From: Eledone cirrhosa
Taxonomy: Eukaryota
Assembly (NCBI GenBank): GCA_964016885.1
Contig: OZ024747.1
Span: 31,868,001 to 31,932,000 of the forward strand
DNA length: 64,000 nt
Reading direction: 5' to 3'
The notes under the pieces: model-generated
The model's input: only the letters and a program-made list of their open reading frames with translations
Told to the model about the DNA's origin: nothing
The model's database searches: none
In this document: positions 1-20,220 of the stretch, piece by piece
How the letters are laid out: every line of letters begins with the position of its first letter
How positions within the stretch are numbered: the stretch's first letter is position 1
Program-made: the position numbers and the translations under genes

Positions 1-316
1 ATTAGGTCAATAATACTAAAAATTCTTTCTCCGTCATAGGATACATGATATTATTTTGTTATATTTTATCTGTAAAAGAATTATAATAAAAAAAATTATA
101 ATAAAAGGTTAAACTAAATTAAAAAATTATAATAAAAGGTTAAAATAAGTTAAAATTAATCTATAAATTAAATTACTGAATATATATTAGTAATATTTAA
201 AGGTTTTTCAAAATTAATGATTACATAATATTTTCTCATCTGTAATAAAATATTAATTAAATTAAATTTATAGGTTAACTAACATTTAAATTAAATTAAA
301 TTCTAGAATAATGTTA

Positions 317-2248
317 TTAATTAGGTTTATAATATTTAAATGTTTTTTTTAGTTTATGATTACACGATATAATTAATTCCTGTCTTTTATTTAATAAGAT
401 ATCCCTAGACTTCATTATTTCAAATAGTTCTTGGGAACATAATCTACATTCCTTTCTATTATTTTGATAAGGGGTGGCTCTTTTGAGCACACTCCAGGTC
501 AAATCATATTTTATATTTTTATTTTTATAACTATTGATTTTTTCTGCTAGAGATGTTGTATTAGCCAGTGCGGCATTTTTAAAGCTATGTTTGTGGGTAT
601 TATACCTTGTCTTAAAATTGTTAGAGGTAGCTCCTATATATGAGCAAATAGAATCTTTAGTTTTAACATTACATTTATAGACTATGTTGTTAACAAGACA
701 ATTCCCTTTTAATGGGCAGTTTGTTTTGTTTCTACAGTTACATCCTTTCGTTAATTCTGTATTTGAGGAGATATTATTGTTAATTTGATGTACTGGTGGT
801 ATACTTATAGTTTTCTTACATTTATATGCATTATATGCACTTATATTTTGTTTTATGTTATTTGTTGTAGAATATGAGAATTTAACTGTAGACCTATTTA
901 AGATTTGATGGTATTTGTGGTTTGGCGGGAAGTTTTTCTCAAGGATATAAAAAAATTTTTTAGCAATATTATCCTTAACTTGTAAATTAAAAGGAGCATT
1001 ATACCAAGTAACTCGTCTATTACGGTTTCTATGTTGTTTATTATTTTTATTATTTTTATATGTTGTATCATGATTTTTACTAGGAGGAATAATGTTAATG
1101 ATCTCACCACAACTATTTTTAGTTATATTTGTAGATTTAGGTGTTTTATCTTTTTTATTAGGAGTTTTATTATTAATATTTATTATAGTCTTATGATGAG
1201 TAGTTTTTTGAGGGTTACTATACTTTATATTAGAAGATTTAGTATTTTGGGGTATACTGTGGGTGGCATTTAGGTGTGTACTTTTCATTTGGTGTTTGTT
1301 GGTAATATTATGCTGTATGTTTTCAGTATTTTTAGTAGAAGTTATATACTCTAATCTATTTTTGTGGCCACTTCTATCTAGAGCTTCATTATAAAAGGTC
1401 GCATTTTTATCAAATACATCTTGGTTAGAAGAAAGGTTAGAAATTCTAAGTGATATATTATATGCAAGGTTTTTAAGGATAGATTTAGGGTGATTAGATT
1501 GTGAGTGTATGTAATGTAAGTTTTGGTTAGGTTTATGGTAAGGTTGGTATATACCCGTAGCTAAATCTAAAGTTATATCTAGGAAATTTACTACTTTACT
1601 TGTTTTTTCAAAAGTAATATTAAGATTATAATAGTCTTTAAGGAAAGTTCTAATATGCTTTTTGTTTTTTTCGATTTCTGAAAGGCTAAGGTTGTTAGAA
1701 AGAAGAAGACAGTCATCACGATATAAACCACCTTTGAGGTGGGGAAAAGAGGCATTTATGTTGAAAAGGAGAAAGAGGCCCACAAGATCAGTAATTTGGG
1801 CAGAATCGCTTGAACCCATAGTAATATCAAAAAGATTACTATAAGTGTTTCTGGTCCAGTATTCATTCTGAAATTCAATAAGTGTTTGTCTAGCATGTGT
1901 AATAATGTTAATGTCATCCGAAGTTAAATTAGATCTATTTTTAGCAAATATTAATGCTTTGTTCAGGAGTATGGGTGATATAGAAGAATAATAATTATCT
2001 ATATCAAACTGTAGGAAAGAAGCAGAAGATTTACACCTAATATTTTTAAACCAATTAATTACCTGGGAGGTGTTTTCCCAGAGTGGTAAAATAACGTATT
2101 TTCTTATTTGTGGGATGACTCTATCTAAAATTTTTTTGCTAATTATTCCAATATCTGATTTGGAGGGACATATAAGTCTAATAGAAGGATTAGAGTTAAA
2201 GTTAGATTTGTGATCTTTCAGGTTGAAGTGTGGACTTCTCAAGTCCAC
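317..2248 (-). CDS. Mirror copy of the same Penelope-like RT/GIY-YIG ORF on the left palindrome arm
   Basis: Translation identical to 2230..4161 from SPHFNLKDHK onward. Confidence 0.92.
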   Translation of the reverse strand: MDLRSPHFNLKDHKSNFNSNPSIRLICPSKSDIGIISKKILDRVIPQIRKYVILPLWENTSQVINWFKNIRCKSSASFLQFDIDNYYSSISPILLNKALIFAKNRSNLTSDDINIITHARQTLIEFQNEYWTRNTYSNLFDITMGSSDSAQITDLVGLFLLFNINASFPHLKGGLYRDDCLLLSNNLSLSEIEKNKKHIRTFLKDYYNLNITFEKTSKVVNFLDITLDLATGIYQPYHKPNQNLHYIHSQSNHPKSILKNLAYNISLRISNLSSNQDVFDKNATFYNEALDRSGHKNRLEYITSTKNTENIQHNITNKHQMKSTHLNATHSIPQNTKSSNIKYSNPQKTTHHKTIININNKTPNKKDKTPKSTNITKNSCGEIINIIPPSKNHDTTYKNNKNNKQHRNRNRRVTWYNAPFNLQVKDNIAKKFFYILEKNFPPNHKYHQILNRSTVKFSYSTTNNIKQNISAYNAYKCKKTISIPPVHQINNNISSNTELTKGCNCRNKTNCPLKGNCLVNNIVYKCNVKTKDSICSYIGATSNNFKTRYNTHKHSFKNAALANTTSLAEKINSYKNKNIKYDLTWSVLKRATPYQNNRKECRLCSQELFEIMKSRDILLNKRQELIISCNHKLKKTFKYYKPN

Positions 2249-4161
2249 ACTTCAACCTGAAAGATCACAAATCTAACTTTAACTCTAATCCTTCTATTAG
2301 ACTTATATGTCCCTCCAAATCAGATATTGGAATAATTAGCAAAAAAATTTTAGATAGAGTCATCCCACAAATAAGAAAATACGTTATTTTACCACTCTGG
2401 GAAAACACCTCCCAGGTAATTAATTGGTTTAAAAATATTAGGTGTAAATCTTCTGCTTCTTTCCTACAGTTTGATATAGATAATTATTATTCTTCTATAT
2501 CACCCATACTCCTGAACAAAGCATTAATATTTGCTAAAAATAGATCTAATTTAACTTCGGATGACATTAACATTATTACACATGCTAGACAAACACTTAT
2601 TGAATTTCAGAATGAATACTGGACCAGAAACACTTATAGTAATCTTTTTGATATTACTATGGGTTCAAGCGATTCTGCCCAAATTACTGATCTTGTGGGC
2701 CTCTTTCTCCTTTTCAACATAAATGCCTCTTTTCCCCACCTCAAAGGTGGTTTATATCGTGATGACTGTCTTCTTCTTTCTAACAACCTTAGCCTTTCAG
2801 AAATCGAAAAAAACAAAAAGCATATTAGAACTTTCCTTAAAGACTATTATAATCTTAATATTACTTTTGAAAAAACAAGTAAAGTAGTAAATTTCCTAGA
2901 TATAACTTTAGATTTAGCTACGGGTATATACCAACCTTACCATAAACCTAACCAAAACTTACATTACATACACTCACAATCTAATCACCCTAAATCTATC
3001 CTTAAAAACCTTGCATATAATATATCACTTAGAATTTCTAACCTTTCTTCTAACCAAGATGTATTTGATAAAAATGCGACCTTTTATAATGAAGCTCTAG
3101 ATAGAAGTGGCCACAAAAATAGATTAGAGTATATAACTTCTACTAAAAATACTGAAAACATACAGCATAATATTACCAACAAACACCAAATGAAAAGTAC
3201 ACACCTAAATGCCACCCACAGTATACCCCAAAATACTAAATCTTCTAATATAAAGTATAGTAACCCTCAAAAAACTACTCATCATAAGACTATAATAAAT
3301 ATTAATAATAAAACTCCTAATAAAAAAGATAAAACACCTAAATCTACAAATATAACTAAAAATAGTTGTGGTGAGATCATTAACATTATTCCTCCTAGTA
3401 AAAATCATGATACAACATATAAAAATAATAAAAATAATAAACAACATAGAAACCGTAATAGACGAGTTACTTGGTATAATGCTCCTTTTAATTTACAAGT
3501 TAAGGATAATATTGCTAAAAAATTTTTTTATATCCTTGAGAAAAACTTCCCGCCAAACCACAAATACCATCAAATCTTAAATAGGTCTACAGTTAAATTC
3601 TCATATTCTACAACAAATAACATAAAACAAAATATAAGTGCATATAATGCATATAAATGTAAGAAAACTATAAGTATACCACCAGTACATCAAATTAACA
3701 ATAATATCTCCTCAAATACAGAATTAACGAAAGGATGTAACTGTAGAAACAAAACAAACTGCCCATTAAAAGGGAATTGTCTTGTTAACAACATAGTCTA
3801 TAAATGTAATGTTAAAACTAAAGATTCTATTTGCTCATATATAGGAGCTACCTCTAACAATTTTAAGACAAGGTATAATACCCACAAACATAGCTTTAAA
3901 AATGCCGCACTGGCTAATACAACATCTCTAGCAGAAAAAATCAATAGTTATAAAAATAAAAATATAAAATATGATTTGACCTGGAGTGTGCTCAAAAGAG
4001 CCACCCCTTATCAAAATAATAGAAAGGAATGTAGATTATGTTCCCAAGAACTATTTGAAATAATGAAGTCTAGGGATATCTTATTAAATAAAAGACAGGA
4101 ATTAATTATATCGTGTAATCATAAACTAAAAAAAACATTTAAATATTATAAACCTAATTAA
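2230..4161 (+). CDS. Penelope-like element ORF, 5'-truncated: reverse transcriptase + CxCx5Cx5C linker + C-terminal GIY-YIG endonuclease
   Basis: RT motifs LKDHK..IRLICPSK, QFDIDNYYSSI, ITMGS, LYRDD, VNFLDITL, YHKPN, SNHP. Linker CNCRNKTNCPLKGNC. Endonuclease IVY..YIG..FKTRY..H, CRLC..E, LNKR.E..CNH. Uninterrupted but starts at GTG in the palindrome loop with no N-terminal domain. Confidence 0.92.
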   Translation: MDFSSPHFNLKDHKSNFNSNPSIRLICPSKSDIGIISKKILDRVIPQIRKYVILPLWENTSQVINWFKNIRCKSSASFLQFDIDNYYSSISPILLNKALIFAKNRSNLTSDDINIITHARQTLIEFQNEYWTRNTYSNLFDITMGSSDSAQITDLVGLFLLFNINASFPHLKGGLYRDDCLLLSNNLSLSEIEKNKKHIRTFLKDYYNLNITFEKTSKVVNFLDITLDLATGIYQPYHKPNQNLHYIHSQSNHPKSILKNLAYNISLRISNLSSNQDVFDKNATFYNEALDRSGHKNRLEYITSTKNTENIQHNITNKHQMKSTHLNATHSIPQNTKSSNIKYSNPQKTTHHKTIININNKTPNKKDKTPKSTNITKNSCGEIINIIPPSKNHDTTYKNNKNNKQHRNRNRRVTWYNAPFNLQVKDNIAKKFFYILEKNFPPNHKYHQILNRSTVKFSYSTTNNIKQNISAYNAYKCKKTISIPPVHQINNNISSNTELTKGCNCRNKTNCPLKGNCLVNNIVYKCNVKTKDSICSYIGATSNNFKTRYNTHKHSFKNAALANTTSLAEKINSYKNKNIKYDLTWSVLKRATPYQNNRKECRLCSQELFEIMKSRDILLNKRQELIISCNHKLKKTFKYYKPN

Positions 4162-4671
4162 TAACATTATTCTAGAATTTAATTTAATTTAAATGTTAGT
4201 TAACCTATAAATTTAATTTAATTAATATTTTATTACAGATGAGAAAATATTATGTAATCATTAATTTTGAAAAACCTTTAAATATTACTAATATATATTC
4301 AGTAATTTAATTTATAGATTAATTTTAACTTATTTTAACCTTTTATTATAATTTTTTAATTTAGTTTAACCTTTTATTATAATTTTTTTTATTATAATTC
4401 TTTTACAGATAAAATATAACAAAATAATATCATGTATCCTATGACGGAGAAAGAATTTTTAGTATTATTGACCTAATTAATATACATTTTGGAAATATAT
4501 TTATTATTTGGTTTTAGCTTTAATCAACCTAAAACTTTAATTTTAATTTTAATTTGCTTAAAATTAGTATCCTTGTACAGACGAATTGCAGAATTTCATG
4601 TAATCATAGAATGGGAGGTGTTTTTGGATATATACCTAGTTAATATATTCTGTGCAAATTTTTTGAAAAAG

Positions 4672-6003
4672 ATATGTATATCTATATGTATATGTATATG
4701 TGTGTATTGTATGTGTATCTGTATGTATATTTATGTGACTATATATGTATGTATGTGTATATATATGTATATATATATATATATATGTGTATGTATATGT
4801 ATATGTATGTGTATGTGTATGTATATGTATGTGTATGCGTATTAATTTTGATTTTTATTTGCATATAATTATATTATGCTATTGATGAAATACAATATCT
4901 GCTTTATGTATTGTATACCTAATTAACATATACTAATTAACATATACTATTGAAATAAATATATAATTTTTAACTTAGTTAACATATAATTTATATGCTA
5001 CTACCGATGTAATACTTTATTTTATTTTTATTTGGGTTTCTTTTCCCTATTACTAAATTCATCTCCTAATATTGATACCATAACGTTATTAACTTTAATT
5101 TAGTTATAATGTAATTAATAATCTACTACTGTTTGACTTCATAATTCTGCTTCAAATATTATAAACCTAACTAATTTACACCTTGGAAATCAATATGTTG
5201 ACTATCTTTGGTTTAGTTGACATATGATTAATGGTATACTTTTTTATTTTGTGATGCATAGATTTCGTATTTCCTAGCACTGAAAATATGTAAGAACATA
5301 CATTGAATTAAGATATGGAAAATATTATAGGTTTCTTGAAACATATATTTACTTTGATCCCCTTCTCCAAACCCCCCCCTTTCCCCCATACTATTATCAT
5401 CTGTTTTTGTAAGTGTATATGTATGAATATATGTGTAGATGGGTGTCTATATAGTTTTTTTTGGTTTTTATTTCTAAATATAAAAATACATATATGAGCA
5501 TGTAAATATGAATGTAAGATTGAGTGTGTATATATGATTGTACATACATGTGTATGTATATATATGTATATATATGTATTATATATGTACGTGTATGTGA
5601 ATGTGTGGTATATATATGTGTATGTATATGTATATATGTGTGTGTATGTGTATGCTTGTATATAGGAATATATATGTGTGTATATATGTGTATATATATG
5701 TATATGCGTGTTTGTATGTATGTATATGGGTTCTGTAAATATTTGTATGTCTCTCTATTTATATGTTTATCTTCGTATCTATGTGATATATGTGTGTGTG
5801 TGTGCACGTATGCATATGTATGTGTTTGTGTGTGTTTGTATGTGTGTGTGTATATATATGTATGTATTTGCGCACACTCACATACACATATATATATATA
5901 TATATATATATATGTGAGTGTGTATGTGTGTCTGTATGTGTGTGCGTGTGTGTATATGTGTATATATATATATATGTGTATGTATGTGTATGTGTGTGTA
6001 TAT

Positions 6004-6041
<38 letters not shown>

Positions 6042-6180
6042 ATATAGGTGTCTATGTGTGAATATATGTCTTTATTCGTATGTGTGTATTTATATATGTT
6101 TATATCTAGGTGTATGTATGTATGTGTATGTATGTATGTATATGTATGTATATGTATGTATATGTGTATATGTGTGTATA

Positions 6181-6211
<31 letters not shown>

Positions 6212-6426
6212 TATTCTTTATTATTATTGTAATATAACTTATGTGTATATGTGTATAAGTGAGGTTGTGTATGTATATATACTATGTGTATATATAAGAG
6301 TAATGAAATATATATATATATATATATATATGTGCATGTCTGTATTTTATGTGTGTGTGTATATATATGTGTGTATGTGTGTATATATGTATGTATATAT
6401 ACATATATGTGTACGTGTGTGTATGT

Positions 6427-6469
<43 letters not shown>

Positions 6470-6578
6470 TGGATGTTTGTATGTGTTTTCATGGTGGTAT
6501 GAGTGTGGGATATATATGTTTATGTATAAGTATATGTATGTGTATGTATATATATATGAGTCTATGTGTGTGTGTATA

Positions 6579-6619
<41 letters not shown>

Positions 6620-6815
6620 ATGTGTGTATGTGTTGCGCGTGTGTGTGTCCGTATTTTTATCTTTTTATATGTGTATGTGTATGTTCGTGTAAATGTATGG
6701 GTGTGTATGACAGTATAGGTATGTGTGTATGTATGTATGTGTGGATATCTCTATGTGCGTGTACATGTATGTATGTGTATGTATATCTGTATGCGTATGT
6801 ACATTATATTATATG
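4672..6815. repeat. Degenerate (TA)n/(TG)n/(TATG)n microsatellite tracts (4672-4841 and ~5490-6815) with an AT-rich spacer
   Basis: Direct reading of the sequence. Confidence 0.9.
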
Positions 6816-7387
6816 TAATATATTTTATTGTTTTTATTTTTTTATTTTTCATAATTTATAGATACATTTATATTAGGCTGTCTGGTCTGACAACCTAATA
6901 CTGACCCCTCCCCCCCCCTCCCACCTAATTTCTGTATCTTGATCTTGAAATGTGTGTACCAGTGTGTTTATGTGAGTGACTTAATTTCTATTTGCTTATG
7001 ATTTTATATCCACATATATAAATGTGAGTGGGGGAGTGTGTGTGTTTGTGTGTTCGTGGTTATGTGTATATTTATATATATACGCACATGTATGTGTGAT
7101 TATACTGATATGTGTGAGTATGAAAAAAATATATTTATATGCTTGACTCCATAAGTATCATTGCGTATCTTATCAGCGCATTAAGCTTACAGAGATATTA
7201 ACCTTGAAATTTTTTATTTGCATCCATCTTTTTAGTATGCACATACAAATTATACACACATTATTGTAAAATGTGTGTAGTGTTTTACATGTATATACAC
7301 ACACCAAACTGCTTTTTAACCCTTTGTGTTTTCATTGGTCAATTTTGAACTGATATTTTGAATTGTTGTTATTATCAATAAATATAC

Positions 7388-7542
7388 TTCATTATTTCTG
7401 AAGACGGCGTATATATGAGTTAGGTATGTATATTTAATCTTGATAATTTGTATAATTTTGTATAATTTTGTACATAGATCTGTTAAATATGCATACCAAT
7501 TATAACACATATATACCCTAGAAACGATCGTTAAATAGTGAA
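7388..7542 (+). ncRNA. Type I hammerhead ribozyme with a long stem II (family A), in a PLE pseudo-LTR-like unit ending at 7730
   Basis: Stem I TTCATTATTT/AAATAGTGAA; core CTGAAGA 7398-7404; ~115-nt stem II (GTATATATG..GGTATGTATATTTAA / TTAAATATGCATACC..CATATATAC); GAAA 7521; stem III C-GATC-G; GUU cleavage triplet. Homologues at 18090-18293 and 44671-45170. Confidence 0.8.
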
Positions 7543-7730
7543 CTTTTTTTGTTTAATATAAGGAATTGTTTGTTCATTATTTGTTTAATATTTTATCTTG
7601 ACTCTGTATACCGTTTATCTTTCACCGAAATTGGATTTTCATTACATCTCTTCTTTCCATGATATCCGGAATACATTGAGTTCTTCATACGGATTGGACA
7701 CTACCGTAAACTCTTGGTAGATTTATCTAC

Positions 7731-11367
<3,637 letters not shown>

Positions 11368-11693
11368 AGTTGAAAAAAATGAAAACGAAATTTCATTTCT
11401 CACTCTTAGTATGGCACTTACTTAAATGTAAGTATGTATGTATACGTACATACATATATGTATACAGACGTACAGTAGCATGCATATATATACACATATA
11501 TATATATACATATATATACATATATATACACATATACATACAGGTACACATACATATATGCACGCATCAGTTTAGCGGACGTTTATTACAACGCCGCTTT
11601 GTTCGTTTGTTTGTCAACAAACCGAACAGCCTGAATTTATGCCATACGGTGTTAAGGCAACCACGTCACCTTTTTGTTCAACACTGACACAGG

Positions 11694-11738
11694 AACGATG
11701 TACTAGTTTCAAGCTTGTTAGCTTTCATCAGCACCGTT
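11694..11738 (-). ncRNA. Minimal type I hammerhead ribozyme, copy 1
   Basis: Minus strand: AACGGTG-CTGATGA-AAGCT-AACA-AGCTT-GAAA-CTAG-TA-CATCGTT. 7-bp stem I, 5-bp stem II, 1-bp stem III with palindromic CUAG loop, GUA site. Confidence 0.9.
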
Positions 11739-12181
11739 TACCCATCTGCCAGATAGTTGAACGTTCGAAAGTATATACTTTCCTTATGAAAATTAACGGC
11801 TGAGCAGCCTAATTTGCATATTGAGTGAGTTAAATCGGTCAGGCATACCGAAAACGATAAGTTGAAAAAAATGAAAACGAAATTTCATTTCTCACTCTTA
11901 GTATGGCACTTACTTAAATGTAAGTATGTATACGTACATACATATATGTATACAGACGTACAGTAGCATGCATATATATACACATATATATATATACATA
12001 TATATACATATATATACACATATACATACAGGTACACATACATATATGCACGCATCAGTTTAGCGGACGTTTATTACAACGCCGCTTTGTTCGTTTGTTT
12101 GTCAACAAACCGAACAGCCTGAATTTATGCCATACGGTGTTAAGGCAACCACGTCACCTTTTTGTTCAACACTGACACAGG

Positions 12182-12226
12182 AACGATGTACTAGTTTCAA
12201 GCTTGTTAGCTATCATCAGCACCGTT
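12182..12226 (-). ncRNA. Minimal type I hammerhead ribozyme, copy 2
   Basis: As copy 1 but stem II begins TAGCT, giving a U.U mismatch at the first pair. Confidence 0.85.
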
Positions 12227-12673
12227 TACCCATCTGCCAGATAGTTGAACGTTCGAAAGTATATACTTTCCTTATGAAAATTAACGGCTGAGCAGCCTAA
12301 TTTGCATATTGAGTGAGTTAAATCGGTCAGGCATACCGAAAACGATAAGTTGAAAAAAATGAAAACGAAATTTCATTTCTCACTCTTAGTATGGCACTTA
12401 CTTAAATGTAAGTATGTATGTATACGTACATACATATATGTATACAGACGTACAGTAGCATGCATATATATACACATATATATATATACATATATATACA
12501 TATATATACACATATACATACAGGTACACATACATATATGCACGCATCAGTTTAGCGGACGTTTATTACAACGCCGCTTTGTTCGTTTGTTTGTCAACAA
12601 ACCGAACAGCCTGAATTTATGCCATACGGTGTTAAGGCAACCACGTCACCTTTTTGTTCAACACTGACACAGG

Positions 12674-12718
12674 AACGATGTACTAGTTTCAAGCTTGTTA
12701 GCTATCATCAGCACCGTT
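12674..12718 (-). ncRNA. Minimal type I hammerhead ribozyme, copy 3
   Basis: Identical to copy 2. Confidence 0.85.
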
Positions 12719-12853
12719 TACCCATCTGCCAGATAGTTGAACGTTCGAAAGTATATACTTTCCTTATGAAAATTAACGGCTGAGCAGCCTAATTTGCATA
12801 TTGAGTGAGTTAAATCGGTCAGGCATACCGAAAACGACAACTTATCGTTTTCG

Positions 12854-14010
<1,157 letters not shown>

Positions 14011-14736
14011 TAAGGCGGGTAAAATTCCCGAGATCCATGGACGAGTTCTCTCCAGCGGTCTCTGTCCCTCATTATCGCTGCCATATCCTGCATCTCCAAC
14101 AGACCAGTGTCTGTCATTAGGGCATCAACATATGTTAACCTTGGTCTTCCTCTTCTAGTGTGTCCATGTAGGGGCTCTCAAAGGAGCACTGAGTGCAATG
14201 TCAACTCTGGATGTCGGTGAGCATGTCCAGCCAACCTCAGTCTCCTCTGTGTCACTTTTGAGCTGACTTTTGGGATGCTCCCATACAGCTCTGAGTTTTT
14301 CATCCTCAGTGTATACTGATTAATGTTCAGAGCCATCCTCAGCATTCTCGTGTAGCACCCATCCACCATCTGAGTGAGTCTCTTGGTCAGTGTCTAAGTC
14401 TCAGACCCATACAGCAGCACAGACTCCACTACAGCAATGAAGAGGCGGATTTTCAGGTCTCTACAAAGGTCCGACTTCCACACCGATCTCAAGCTGTGAC
14501 ACGCCGCCCAGGCCTTGCTCTTCCTCTCAACCACATCATCTTCCGTATTCCCAATCTTTGCTCCCAAATGCAGGAAGTCCTCAACCAATTCCAGCGGCTT
14601 CCCACCTACATTAGTGATCCCCTCTGGCTTCTCAACATTCTCTACCAGATATTTTGTTTTAGTCTCATTCATTCTCAGCCCCACACTCATCGACACAGTC
14701 TCAACCTCCCGCATCAAATCCTCTGCCTCCTTCACT
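14011..14736 (-). mobile_element. 3' fragment of an RTE-like non-LTR retrotransposon (RT thumb and C-terminus), disrupted
   Basis: VGLRMNETKTKYL..VEDFLHLG..KAWAACHSLRSVWKS..KIRLFIAVVESVLLYGSET*..DGCYTRMLRMALN..RRLRLAGHAHRH. Flanked by (TA)n on both sides. Confidence 0.85.
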
Positions 14737-14767
14737 GTATATATATATATGTATATATATATATATA

Positions 14768-15949
14768 GGAAAATACCCGGTGTTACCGGAGGTTTATATA
14801 GAGATGACATGCTTTTACTTATTGAAAATAATAACTCTGAACTAAATAAGAAAAGAAAACAAATTATACAATTTTTTAATTACCTTAATCTAAAAATAGA
14901 AATTGAGAATAACCATAGAATAGTCAATTTCCTAGACATAACATTTAATCTCAACACATGTCTTCACTATCCATTTCACAAGTTAAATGAAAACTTGAAT
15001 TATGTCAATTTTAGCTCCAATCACCCCAGATCAGTCAAAAATACTATAGTGAACTCTGTTCAAAAACGTATCTCTAGAATCTCTTCCAATAAAAATATTT
15101 TTGACGAAAAAGCCCAGTATTATAATGAAGCTTTAGCTAGAGCAGGATATAGTGATAAAATTATGTACATCGATAATAGACAAACTAACCAAAATAACAA
15201 CAATTTTAATTACAGTAACAACTTTAACAACTATAATAGAAAGCACTACAATAATTTCAAAAACCAGAAAAGAAATAGAACTAGAAATATAATATGGTTT
15301 GCCCCCCCTTTCTCACTAAACATTAAAACCCACATTTAATGCTCTTGACAAACGCTTCCCTAGAACACATAAGTATCACTCAATTTTTAATAGACATACT
15401 ATAAAATTAACATACTCGTCCACCAAAAATTTAGCACAAAATATTAATAGAATAAATAATAGGAATCTAAAACCTAGCCAAAATACCGAAAATAGCCTAA
15501 ACAATATTCAACTAAAAAACTGTAACTGTAGAGATAGATCTAAATGTCCGCTAAATAACAATTGCTTAGTTAAAAATATAATATACAACTGTAATGTTAG
15601 AACTGATTTAAATTCTTTTAATTATGTTGGTTCCACCTCGACAGAATTTAAACTTCGCTATAATAATCACAAAAATTCTTTCACGGATCCAAATAAAAAA
15701 TCCTCAACATCGCTGTCAGGGTTACTCTGGCAACTTAAGCATGATAAAGTTGGATATTCGATGGTTTGGAATATAGTCTCAAAAGGGATTCCTTTTAATT
15801 CCTCTTCTGAGACTTGTGACCTCTGCGCGGAGGAGATATTCTTTATATTAAAATCTAAAAATTCCCTTAATTTACGAACCAATTTATTCAGCTGTTGCAG
15901 ACATAGATTGAACTCAACATTTAAATATAAATATAAATTTAAGATGTAA
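14768..15949 (+). pseudogene. Second Penelope-like element (different family), 5'-truncated just before YRDD, frameshift at ~15339; putative 3' UTR runs to ~17207
   Basis: GGLYRDD, VNFLDITF, SNHP, IIWFAPPFS; then in another frame CNCRDRSKCPLNNNCL, IIY..YVG..FKLRYNNH, CDLC..E, LNLRT..CCRH. Starts directly after (TA)n. Confidence 0.92.
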
Positions 15950-17207
15950 TATAAAATGTAGTATATTTACTTAAGGTATTTAACTATTTGTGATACTTGG
16001 CGATAAATCTTTCGATTCCTTAAATATATTTTTTTTTTTTTTTTTTAAACCTTTCTGCATGAATATATAATTAATGAGATTAAATAAACTACCCTATAAT
16101 CGGCGTTGTCCCCAATCTTTTGAATACATTTTTAAGCTGGATAAACTTCTATAATAAATATTAGAGCATTTGTAGAATAAGTTTTGAATGATTTCTGCTA
16201 AATAAGGCTTGATGAACAATTTTGGTTTTGTTTGCTTTTGACTCTGATTCTATGACCGATATGCGTGGCATACTATGTTCTCTTGCGTCCCTAGATACTC
16301 TGTGGAGTGACGAAGATATTCTTGGCGTTTTTAATTTTAATATTGATATCTGTTGTCTACTCTATGCTTGATCGATGATCATGCAAGTGGGGCTGGAATG
16401 TTATTTTAGATGTTAATGTATATCTTATATGTTTTGTGTCTATATATATGTATATATGTAAATGTATGTAGGGTGGAATCTTTTCTAACGCATTGAAGTT
16501 TTTCATGAAATATAAGAATCAGTGCAGCGTATCACGTAGGTTCACATGTGCGTCTATATTTATCAACTTGAATTTGAGATAACCTTCTCTTTTCTCTTTT
16601 TTCACGAGAATGCATATATACTTATGTTTGAAGTTTTATCTCAGATTTTGCTTATAGACCTAAGAATTTTTAACTGAGCATGTGGTCATTTTTTTCACAC
16701 ATTATGGATATGTGTCTCATTCATGAATACTGATATTTACATTATAATACCTAATTCATAAAAATTGATAATTCAAATGGATGAGACATAACATATTTTT
16801 AATATATTTTAAATATATCATCTTTCTTTCTTTTTCTCCTATACACTAATTTAACTGTATCCCTTCCCTTAACCTCTCACATATACGATGATCATCTGTC
16901 AAAAAGCAGCCTACTAGGTTTTTTCACCATCAATGTATTTCTCTCTCTCAATGTATTTCTCTCGCTCCGTTGTTTTTCTTTGCATACATCTCTTCATCTT
17001 CTTATTTTTATTTGCATACATCTCTTCATCTTCTTCTTCTCATCTTCGTTTTCTTTCTATATAACTATCATAACAGTTTCACTACAAAATCAACTTTTTA
17101 AAAGGAAGTTGCATTATCACAAGGTATGTCACTAATTATTTATAAAACAGCTTATGTATTGTATTTTGTCTGAGGAAGGCATAACATATTTTTAATATGA
17201 TATCCCA

Positions 17208-20220
<3,013 letters not shown>

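Larger units (their letters stand above)
1..4477. repeat. Giant fold-back palindrome (arms 1-2237 and 2241-4477, 3-nt loop CTC at 2238-2240); the left arm may extend beyond the window
   Basis: Centre reads GAAGTGTGGACTT-CTC-AAGTCCACACTTC. Position x mirrors 4478-x out to base 1 (ATTAGGTCAATAATAC vs GTATTATTGACCTAAT ending 4477). The two 643-aa translations are identical apart from the first few residues spanning the loop. Confidence 0.97.

Noticed and set aside
2230-4700. Selenoprotein-encoding (Naiad-type) PLE
   Set aside because: The endonuclease is C-terminal, the visible ORF has no in-frame TGA and ends in TAA, and I could not fold a convincing SECIS.
12350-12667. 105-aa ORF in the tandem unit
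   Set aside because: Broken by a 4-bp indel in unit 2, half microsatellite, antisense to the ribozyme, no recognisable domain.
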